From positions 20,460,001-20,524,000 of the forward strand of contig CM069147.1 of NCBI GenBank assembly GCA_035221665.1: 64,000 nucleotides of DNA, written 5' to 3'. The position numbers and the translations under genes are program-made. The notes under the pieces are model-generated. The model did no database searches. It saw only the letters and a list, made by a program, of their open reading frames with translations, and had not been told where the DNA came from. Positions within the stretch are counted from its first letter, which is position 1; each line of letters opens with the position of its first letter. Origin of the DNA: Okamejei kenojei (Eukaryota). Below, in pieces: positions 11,034-23,018 of the stretch.

Positions 11034-14000
11034 CTGCGAGAGTAATTAATGATCGGCGATTAGGCAATCATTCAGTGACGAATTTGAGCATACTGATTTA
11101 AAATAAAATTTTATGCAACCCATCAGTTGTTATTTTCCCAATAGTATCGATTTGCACAGATTATTTTTTGGCTATACGTTTCTGCTTGATAATGAGTTTA
11201 AACCCGATGAGCCGTTCTTGTCCCACAAAATAATTATTTTATTTTTCTTTTATGTCAACTTCGATGTAATTAAGAAAGTTAGGAGAATTGGTGAATGCTC
11301 AAAATTGTATCCGCAGTACTAAATATTTGGCATAATACGATGCCCCTTTTAAAGTGTATTTGTGGGATTGGCGGGAATCCATTTCGCCTGTAGAGATCAA
11401 GAATTGGTTCGCAGACTGAAGCTACCAGTACCTCTCCAACAGACACCGCGGCTCACGGCTTCATCAGTGGCACCGAAATGCAATAGAATATAAACTGGTA
11501 CTACTTCTTATGGCTCTGCGTCCCCAGGTTTTGACACGAGTCCCCTATTCGGTGGATAATTTGAACGTCTTGTTTACTCTCTTTTCCCAGGTCATTGTCT
11601 GGCATTTGTATTTAGTTTCGCTCTGATTATGAGAACTGGGTAGGTTTGTGTGTTCCTAGCTTGCCACACCTTTGCTTCTTCACATACATTTACATTTTTA
11701 CATTTGAATTTAAACCCGAATAAGGAGACGAAAATTATATTTATGCTCTGATGTGCAGTGGGTGATATGTTTTACTTAAATAAAGATTTGCTATTGTGCA
11801 CTTATATTTTCCCTGCAGTTTGGAAAAACAACTACATTTGGAACAATGCTCATTTCATATCTTAATTGCGCTGTCCAATGGGTTTACCTGTGAAGAGACG
11901 ACATGCTGTTCTTCTTGTAGACCATTTGAAAATCCTTTGTTCTCGCTTAGATTCAGTGTAGCATAGGCAGCGGTATGTTCAATTGGTGCTTGTCTCACCT
12001 ATTAGAAAATTACATTTAATTTTGCGGGTGACCAGGCTTATATAGCTGATAGGGAACTCGAATTGTATCTGGGGCTGAAAATCGATGCACACGGGATATA
12101 GAGGAATAGATTAAACATAGAAACATAGAAACATAGAAATTAGGTGCAGGAGCCAGGCCATTCAGCCCTTCGAGCCTGCACCGTCATTCAATATGATCAT
12201 GGCTGATCATCCAACTGTATCCCGTACCTGTTCTCTCCATACCCTCTGATCCCCTTAGCCACAAGGGCCACATCCAACTCACTCTTAAATATAGCCAATG
12301 AACTGGCCTCAACTACCCTCTGTGGCAGAGAGTTCCAGAGACTCACCACTCTCTGTGTGAAGTCTTTCTCATCTCGGTCTTAAAGGATTTCCCCCCTTAT
12401 CCTTAAGCCTGTGACCCCTTGTGCTGGACTTCCCCAACATCGGGAACAATCTTCCTGTATCTAGCGAATTTTGTAAGTTTCCCCCTCTCAATCTCCTAAA
12501 TTCCAGAGAGTATAAACCGAGTCTTCCAGTCTCAAGACAGTACAAGGAATCAGTCTAGTGAACCTTCTCTGCACTCCCTCTAAATAATGTCCTTCCTCAG
12601 ATTTGGAGACCAAAACTGTACGCAATACTCCCAGGTGTGGTCTCACCAAGACCCTGTACAACTGAAGTAGAACCTCCCTGCTCCTGTAAAATCCTTCCCT
12701 TCTTAAAAAGAGGGGTTACATTTGCTACTCAGGACTACTCTCTCACTAATGCATCCACTATTTCCTGAGCTACTTCCTTAAGTACCTGGGATGCAGCCTA
12801 TCTGGCCCTGGGGATTTATCAATCTATTCAATGTACCCAACACCACTTCCCGACTGACCTGGATTTCACTCAATTCCTCCTTTGACCCACAGTTGCTATT
12901 TCCGGCAGATTATTTATGTCTTCCGTGAAGACATAGTTATTCAATTGGTCGCCATATCCTTGTTCCCCTGATTCACCTGTTTCTGACTTACATTTGTTTT
13001 AACTAACTCTTTCTCTTCACATATCTATAAAAACTTTTGCAGTCAGTTTTTATGTTCCCTGCCAGTTTTCTTATAATCTAATTAACATTTCACTTGCTGT
13101 CAATGATTACCAACGATGTCATCTCAAGGAAGGGGTGGACTATCCTAGCGCCACAATGAAGTTGATTTTTAAACAGCCGCTGAAAACAATCCTCCAAATG
13201 GAAACGTTTCCTCAACTCCTCTCATCTCTTTTTGTCACCGCTCATTTCCAGATTCCTACGCACTTCTATGCTTTCCGCATTGGCGACGCCCAAATTCCTT
13301 TCTCTACTGTAGCCTGACTTATTATTGCATTTAATGGCGGAACCAAAGATTGAAAGTCCTAGGCGATGCCCTCATGGGTTCCAAAAAGATAATGTGATCC
13401 TTAGCATTTCATGTTGCCTGATTTGCCATTGCAGAGTGGAGCTCATAGTCCCTTGTTAACTGGAATAGCAAAAACAGCTAAAAATAGGGACGGAGGTCCA
13501 GGGCCTATGCTGATCTGTTTGTGCTAGTAAATTATTTACAGCATGACTGAAGCTGGTACACTAATTCGTAAAAACACCATAAATCAGCTCAAGTAATGGC
13601 ATGGCATGTAAGGGGAAGGAAATCATAATAATTATTTAACAGCGACTATTTGTGCGTCTAATTAAAATATTGCTCACAATTTTGAGTTGTATACTTCAGG
13701 GAGAATTTCGAACACTGGACGAACTTGTTAAAGCATATTATTATGGAATCAATGATAAGTCACTATGGCCTTGGGAAAGTCAAAGGTAGTTCCATCATAC
13801 CAAATACCATTAAATGTTAATTTAAGAAATCTATTAAAATAAAAGCGTGCACCATATTAAGCATGCAGAAGCTATCACCCACGTTAAAGGAAACAAATAA
13901 TTTAGTTTTAATGTCGTTGCCAGAAAAATCTAGGTGTGGAAATTAAAATATGCACATCCTGGAAATCTGAGGTAAAACCAGAAAACATGCTGAAAATCGC

Positions 14001-17000
14001 AGCTGATCACGTTGTGTAAATAGAAACGCTGACATTTCCAAGCAATTGTAGGAGGGGTATTGAATCTGAAAATTAACTGTTTCTTTTTCCACAAATGCTG
14101 CCCGAACTGTGGTGATTTCCCAGATATTTCTGATTGAATCTCGATGCGAGATGACGACAGATTTATGTTTTAGGCCGCGTATCTGAACCAGCATGAACCA
14201 GCAGGCGAGTGTATTGGCGAACACATTTATCCTATCCTTGTTAGATTCTAATGTTTCTATCTGATTAAATATCGCTCTAATCGAAAAAAAAACATAAACT
14301 AACCAAAGAAATGCAAGGCAGCAGGCCTCGATTGCAACTGTCCAGTGGCTTTGACATTCACCAACACGAACTGATTTTTCCAAGCTCGTGACGGCGAACA
14401 TCACTCCAGCCTCCCGGACGACCTTGAACCATTGCAATTCACTCATCACTGCAACTGCAAAGACGACAGACGCAATCTCCCTGTTACTACAGAATCGTTA
14501 GAAATTTGGATAACACCTACCTGTATATCAGATTCTCGGCTTTCCAAACCATTATTCTAATCAAACTAATCTCCCAACGCCTGGATCAAAGACACAGCAA
14601 ATCGATCTTCAACTCGATCCCCACTTCCTGATCCACAGATTGCAGTCAATAAGTATAAACAACCAAACATCCTCCATGGAAATGCTGAACGTTAGGGCCT
14701 CCACAACACTGCTCTCCCGGCCATTTACTATATTCACTATACATTCACGACTCCGCCGCCAAATTGCGATTTAACTCGATTAACATGTTTGCACATGACA
14801 CCAACATGGTGGAGCAGTTCTCTAACCATGTCTAGACAGAGTTCAGGAAAGGGTAGAGAGTTTAGTGACACTGCATGAGGAAAACAATCTCTCCCTCAAT
14901 GTGAGCAAAACGAAGGAAATAGTTATTTAATTCAGGAAACGAGGTGAAGTACACGACCCAGTCTGCATCAATGGTGTTGATCGAGTTTCCTGGCGATAAA
15001 CATCACCAATGATGTCCAACCACATTCATGCTAACGCCATGAAAGCACGCCAAAGCCTCGAGCTTCCCAGAGGACCAAGGACTGCGGGCTGTCGGCATCA
15101 ACCAGGGAGTGGGGCTTGCAGGCTCGCCGTGCGCAGTGAGCGACGGCAGAGCAGCAGCCCCGACTCTACACCACAGCCTGCAAGGATACTGTGGCTGTCT
15201 AAATTAACCAGGTAGTGGGGCTTGCAGGGCAGCCCCGACTACCCGCAGCCCGCAAGGACTCTGTGGGCTGACGGTTTTACTTACACCGGGCAGGTTGGGC
15301 AGCTCGTTGACCCGATAGGGTCCGGGCTCACACTCGCCGTTCGCAGGCAGTGACGGCAGAGCGGCAGCCCGAATCTACACTGCAACCCGCAGGGTCACCA
15401 CGGGCTGACGGCAACGCTACCCGGAAGTTGGGCAAGCCCGTGGACCAGGCGGGTCCGGGCTCGGAGACTGCCATTCGCGGGCAGCGAAGGTAGAGCACGA
15501 GCTCCGATTCAACGCCGCAGGCCGCAGGTATACCGCGGACTAACGGCTATGCTACTCTATAGAGGTAGTAGACAGAGCCGGGGCCACGACTCTCACACAG
15601 GCGGGAGCCTTGCCGTTAGCGGCAGTCTATGTCCCGCATGAGAGTCTGGTCACCATTGGAGCTGGGGGGGGGGGGGGGGGGGGGGGAGAGAGAGAGAGTG
15701 CGCTCCTCCACCGGAAGCTCATAAAGACCCTCAGGTAATATATTAACCTTGAGTTGTTTAGCTTCTGTAGTAGACTTTGCTTACAGAAACAATGGATGGG
15801 AGACCAGAATGACAGCATCGAAGTATGCCTCCCAGGGCCATGGGACTTCGGATGGGAGTCAGCACCCATTATTCCCGGAACTGCCAGCAACACCGGCAGC
15901 GCCCGCTCTACGGGCCGGGATAAGAACGCGGAAACCGTGGAGCCCAGCGCAGTCAGGACCCGATTCTCCACCACGACTGGCCATGGAGCCGTAAAGTGGT
16001 AGGAGCACCGCGCAGGATCAGGGTAGGCAAGACCCTGACTCCCTACCACTGTCACCTAAGCATAGGGACAGTGGAGCAAAGGTGCGTAAGCGTGTGTTAT
16101 CCGCTTGGCGGCACGTTCTATTTTCCCAACTATGCAGGTCACCAGAGGGAGGACCAGGGGAAGAATCGCACAACAGTTGGTGAAGCCCCACTGTAGGAGC
16201 CGGGGTCGACTTTCCACCGGAGCAGCCACCTGTTCGCGGACCGGTGAAGGATTGAGGCCTGGGTCTGCATGCTCCGCATATGCGGTCGGCACAGACTCAC
16301 CACCGGGGGAGCCTGCCAGATCGCGGGCCGGTGTAGTCTCATCTCGGTCACCGCACCCCCCCTTTAGCGGCAGGACATGACCGAACGTCACCTTTGTCCC
16401 AAAGGAGAACACAGACTCACCACCGTGGGAGCCTGCCAGATTGCAGGCCAGTGTAGTCTCATCTCGGTCACCGCACCCCCCTTCAGCGGCAGGATGTGAC
16501 CGAACGTCGCCTTTGTCCCTAAGTAGGACAGGAGGCAAGCCCGCGCACACATCGGGCTACCACGTTTCGGCGGCCGGGACCGACTCATCACCGCTCATGT
16601 CTTATCAGACTAGTGGGCCGCCTCCGTCCGGAAGACGGCGGGCCAGCGGCAGGTCCGCGCAGGAGTCGCTTAGTCACGCAGAAGCGGCAGGCAGCGAAAT
16701 CCTGTCTAGGCACCCTTGTTATCACCTCGACGAGGTGCGTGGCGATGACAGAAGCCTCAGAGATTCTCCGGAACCTGCGGAAGTCAACTTGTCGTCCACA
16801 GATGCAGCGGCGGTCGCATGGCTCAGATGGAGCGCATGATGGAGCGTATCCTAGAGCACAAACTCTGCAGGTGGACCAGATGTCCTCCAGTCCTGGAGAC
16901 ATGCGGCAGGGCCACCCAGCATGTCCTGTCATTGGTGGGGAATGCCACGGATCAGCAGCTGGCTGACACGGAAGTAGGGTGGAGCAGGAACCTGTAGTAC

Positions 17001-20000
17001 CTGAGAAAACCCAGGAGGAGCTGCTGAAAGTGGTCTCCAAGTTCGCCCAGCCGAAGCACACAGGTCAGCCTTTTGCAGCCCAAATTAGGGGCTAGCATAG
17101 ACTACCTCACCACACCAGCTACAGGAACAGGTCCTTACCAAGGCGATCAACAAATACAAGGCCCAAACAACTGCAAATTGTTGAATGTACCGACAGTCAA
17201 CATGCCCATCTGGGGCAACAACAGTCCCGGGATAAGGGCACAGGATCTGAAGTTACAAAAGATCCTGAAATTGCTGACGTCGGTGATTACTGCCTTTGCC
17301 AGGTCGGTTGAAGGTATGGAAATGATGGCAGAGCAGGAGGATGCTTTTGTGATATTAGTCATGAAGTTAACGTTTACCAAAATATCGCCATTTAACCGAC
17401 TCCTAAACCTCATATTTTGTGGGGTTGTACAAGGCATCTGTGATGCCACCATCGAGACAGCTGTTCGGTGAGGACCTGCCCATACAGGTCAAGGACCTGG
17501 ATTAGGAGGTGGAGGCAGTTGGGTTGATAACCCACCTCCCTCCAGCAGGCCGGCAGTGCACAGGCAAACATCATATGCAAGACCTCGGGCCACCTGAAAG
17601 ACCAGTAAGGACCTACACATCAGCAGTACCTCAACACAATTCAACGGAACACCAGGAACCAGAACGACAGGCCCGCCGGTAGCCATGGAGGTAGGGGGTC
17701 TGGTTCTCTAGGAAGTGCTGCATGTATAACCTCATAAGTAGGAGAGAGGTTACATACATTCTGGGATACATGGGTGTGATTATCACTATCCCAGGGAACA
17801 AAGCAATAGACATTATAGAGGCATGTAACAGCCTTGCTTGCGCCAGGAAACCGACTATTAGACATGCTGCTAAGGTAATTGGTAAACTTGTAGCTACATA
17901 CTAGCTACATAATTGGGCCATTACAATATCAAAACTTGCAAAGAGCAAAATCTTGGCATTTTTTACGGGCCTATGCAGCCGCCAATCAAGGTCACAAGTA
18001 GTGGATAGCAATGTATTTTAACATTATTACATAAAACCATTAGTTTTGTTACAGACCGACGCAAGCACCAAGGGCTAACGAAATGCACACAAGTGGATGT
18101 TGAATCAATCCAAATATTTCCTAAAATGGTAGCCTAATATGCTAAAATGGTAGCCTAATATGGAACACCAGATATCGACCTCCTTGCATCCAGGTTGAAC
18201 CATTAGATATCATATGTGTCTCTTGAGAACCAGATCCTGGGGCAGTGGCGATGGATGAGTTCTGGCTACATTGGGGGAAATGGATTTCTATGCTTTCCCC
18301 ATTCTGCTTCATCAGTCAGGTGTTGCAGAAAATGCAACCAGGTTCTGCAACATAAAGGACCATGGACGTCATACGGCATTGTGCAGAGAGAGTCCACTAG
18401 GACGCAGTACCTCACCTACATAAGGATATGGGAGGTTCCTGTAGTTGGACCAAGACCACCTACATATCTGCTACGATCTCCAATGTGCTGGCATCCTCAC
18501 GGGTCGTCATATAATGAGTCCCTCAGTTATAGTACCATATACAGTGCCAGGAGTGCACTGTCATCCTACCTTGACATTGGAGTGGGATCTCACCAGCTGG
18601 TATCCAAACTATGAGGGATATGTTCTATCCATCCCTCCCCGACCACGATATTATATTACCTGAGATATAAGGGTAGTGTTGACCCGACTCAGGAGCTGGT
18701 CGCCTATGACGGACTTACCACTGGACCTACTCACCTTTAAATTGGTGATGGTAATGGCACTGAACACAGCACAATGGGTCCAGACTCTACAGGAATTAAA
18801 CCTGGATAGAATGATCGACCCATAATAAAGTAATTTCTTTATAAAAGAGTTGCTTAAACTACACAGACCTGCGACTACAGGTCTGAAAATGGCCATCAGG
18901 AATATGGAGGCGGATCTGTTATCAGCCAATGGAAACCCACGTCACAGGGTGATGATGCAGACTATCTCCAGATGGCTCAATGTGGTATTCGGTGCAGCAG
19001 GTAAGACACTAACCATTTAAAAATGTCATTCTACCAGGGCTGCATCCACATCAGCGGTGAGGACCATGGAGGTGTTCATGGATCATGTCCTCACAATAGC
19101 GGGCTGGGCCAGTGAAACTACATTTCAGCGATTTCATAACTAACCTGTGGCCACTCCCGAAACGTCTGCGGAGTCAGTTTTAAGTGCTGTTCCCTAAACG
19201 TTTGTCCCTGAGTTCAGGAGTTTATTGTTGTATTAACAATAATGTTATTATTTTTCAGCTTGTTCAAGTCTGAAATACGTTAACATACTTCCTCCATCAG
19301 TATTACGGCAGTGTGTGGGCATGGACGTGATCCAGGGCATGTAATCACAGAGCTTTGAAATCTTCACAAAGTCACTCACGTGACTCTGAAATGAAATAGT
19401 AAGATTAAACGAGAACTTACCAGTTTGAAGTTTGATCTTTATTTTATGAGGAGTTGTGATGAGGGATTTCGTGACCTCCGCTCCCAACCCTGTACTATAA
19501 GGTCAGCTGGTAAATGGAGTCTCTTCAATCTTACTATATTAGTTCATTTCTGGGTAGTTCTGTGATTCCACATCGCTGCTTTGAAGAAATTCGCGCATGC
19601 GTGCCTGGCGGGGTCTTCTTCACGAAATCCCTCATCGCAACTCCTCATAAAATAAAGATCAAACTTCAAACTGGTAAGTTCTCGTTTAATCTTACTATTT
19701 TGTGGGAAGCAGTTTAGATGCCATTGTAGGTCATATCCGGTTATATGACCCTTCGTTAAGGATTGAAGCGAAAACTGTAATTAACACGTTAAAGAACGGC
19801 TCAACAAAGCAAAGTAAATTCTCGACAAAGGTTCTTTTAATTTTAATTACCGTGCTTTGAAATTCAATATAACTTTTGCCTTACTCGTCAGCAACCCACA
19901 ATCTCTTCGTAGTGTGATATTTGATAGTTCTCACTATCTAAGATTTATTTTTAAGTGTTCCTGCCACCAGAACTAATAACAGGTCATATTTTCATCCTAA

Positions 20001-22982
20001 ACATCACCTTTCACTTTAGAATATAATAGGTTATGATCTGGCATGGAATTGTCAAAAGACGTTGAAGCCGATACAACAGGAATATTCAAATTATTATTGG
20101 ATGTATACTTGACGTAACCTGAAAAAGAAATCATGTTTTCATCCTGCCCTAGAGTATTCCACGATATTATGGAATAAATCCGATTTATAATATTTCTGCT
20201 ACGAATAATCCCTATTTTGAAACAAGAGGAGACATTTCACCTACCGGCTCCCTGTTCTGACGTATTCCTACAGAGGTTACGTTATGGCCTAGAGGAATGA
20301 AATAAAAATTAAATAAAACAACTTGAATTGTAAAGATTGATCTGTAGATTTTGACATTATTCTTCTCATATTAATCAAATTTACTGCAGAAAGTAAGAAC
20401 GATTGCATTTTTAAATATCCGATGGCGCACAACAGCACCAATTGTCACAAACTAGCATGCAACGCATCTTATACTCTTTCGCGATGTTGCGCCCACTGGA
20501 ATTAAATTTTAACTGACACTTTAAAATTTGGATGGTTTATAAGGAACCGTGTCCATGTCAAAACAGCAATGTAATATAAACATATGGAGATGATTGATTT
20601 CGCTTATTGCCACAAAGCCACAGTTGTTTTTTCTTCAAAATCGTAATCTTCCATTGCATTAATTATCCATCGCACTGGATGTTTGAAGAATTCCTTAATT
20701 TGAAAATATATGCATAGGTGATAATTGAATTAATCAAATTCCAATCTGAAATAATTCAATTTGAAGATCCATCTTATATTATCACAGATATATATCAAAA
20801 CCGCTTCAGAAATCTCTTTACCTGTCCATCTAAGTTATCTTTACTCCTCTGTGAGCAAACACCATTGACATATCCATTCTCATTTTAACCATATAAATGA
20901 TTATTATAAATTATCAAGATACTTACCGTACCATATCTTTAAACTGAGTCTTATCACGATTATAATCAGAACTAAAATTACCGATCCACCTACTGCGTAT
21001 ACGATAATCTGTTTGCGATCAATTCCTGGTGGATCAACAGAAAATTAAGAAACTGTAAAGAATTTATACATTTTAGAACAAATATACAAACGGTAGTCAA
21101 CAAAGTAAATCATTTCGTAGGTGCATTTTAATACCCACATCCGAAAGTTTGAAAGGTATATCAGAAGGCACCAGATGGAAGTTAGTAATGGAGTCCACAG
21201 GACAAACAAATGCAATTGTATTGTGCCCATGTGCGGAGAGCTGCTTACTAACGTTAAACGGAATTTAGGCTGAATCTTCATATATTTCACCAGACAGCGG
21301 ATATATGCATATGCCAGGACGTTTTTTTTCTCATTACAAACACTATATTAATTCAGTTGGTCAATACATCTCACACGGATTTCCTTACGAGAACCGATGA
21401 AGCACAACAGATTTCACAGAGCATGCAAGTGTTGCTTTCAAGCGAATAAATGCGAGTCACGTTTACCCCTTCCCTCCGTGTACGGAAAGCTGTCCAGTTA
21501 TTAATCTGATCGAATTTGATCGACCGCCCCAATATCATGTGTAACTGGCTCCAGTCTTACCTTGGCCCAGGGTGTAACTGAAACTGGCCGCCACCTTCAG
21601 GGAGATATGTGACACCAGACAGGTGTAAATATCTTTGCCCTCGCCAGGCTGCGTTATTTCCAAAAAACTAGAAGCCACAAACAATCCTTCTCCGCTCCGT
21701 CTTTTCACAGTTTCGATTCCAGTGCGAATTTCCTCGTTATTTCTTAGCCAGAATATTTCTACTTTCTCCGGATAAAAGTCGTCCGTCTTGCACACAAGTG
21801 TCCGTGGAGAGCCATGTCCTTCAGCAGGAACAATTTTCAAGGGAGTTGGGGGATCTTAATTTAAAAAAAAACATTTCTCGGGTGTTCGCTTTCCATTTTA
21901 TTGTAAATATTTACATTTTATCTCGCCACCGAGTCGTATTTCCCACGATCAAATTATTTAATATTTAAACTTCCCAGTTTGTCGTTAATTTATCGCGCCT
22001 TTCATAGCGGACAGCCGGACGAATTCCGCCAAGATACAAAGCGGGTGAATTTAAGGAGTGCCAACAGAATTTAAGGAGTTCCAAAATAAACTCTGTTCTG
22101 AATGGACGTTCCCCGGTATCGCGCCAAAGTGTTTGCCAGAAGCTTATTTATAAGTGGCCATATTCGGATCATTCATATATTGCAAAAAAATTGAGCCATG
22201 ATAATCGAAATATAACAGATTTGCATAGTGTGGTGACATGAAGCGGTTATACATGAAGATTAATGATTAATCTCGTTAGCTCTTTAAGTAGTATATGAAC
22301 TAAATCTCCTCAACCTGGTCAAAAAGACCCATTTCAAAATTTAATCACTATACTCCGACCTGCCTCGAGCTAACCAATTATGAGGTGTTTGCGCAGTAAT
22401 CAACCAGAACCAGAACCAGAACCAAATATGGGTTTGAACTGCCGATCACAACCATTTACCAGCACGTGAACCAAAGGCTGGGACATATTTCTCGCGCATT
22501 GAATGCTAATATTGAAACATTGTGGAATCTATTACAAGCAATCTACGAGCGCACTTATTCAATATCAGTGTGTAGGAAAGAACTGCAGATGCTGGTTTAA
22601 ACCGAACATATGCTGGAGTAACTCAACGGGCGTACAGGCAACTTTCTCTTCGGAGGAAGGAATGGGTGACGTTTCTAATCGAGGTTTGAAGAAGGGTCTC
22701 GACCCCAAACGCCACTCATTCCTTCTACCCAGAGATGCTGCCTGCCCCGCTGAGTTACTCCAGCATTTCGTGTCTCTATACAAATCAGTTCCATCTGTTG
22801 TGCCAACTTGGCAACAGTGAATCGACAACGCTAGATCGGCGTTAATGATGATAGCTTGCAGAAGCCAAATGAGGGAAAAGAACAAGCTCTGTTTCTCGCT
22901 GTGCAGATTCTATTCATTTAGGTCCTATATTTCGTATTAACGCGAACTCCTTCCGTTCGAGCTGCAGTCGGTGCCTAACTGA

Positions 22983-23018
<36 letters not shown>

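Noticed and set aside
14521-14556. Candidate cytoplasmic exon of gene A with CAG|gtaggt donor
   Set aside because: Wrong phase to follow the TM exon, weak acceptor, and lies within a decayed Rex RT fragment
15627-17471. Many overlapping GC-rich ORFs
   Set aside because: Decayed 5'/gag region and tandem repeats of the DIRS element
20822-20848. 27-nt candidate exon just after gene A TM
   Set aside because: In the TM exon's phase it reads into an immediate stop; the 44-nt exon at 20288-20245 fits phase and splice consensus better. A truncated isoform cannot be excluded
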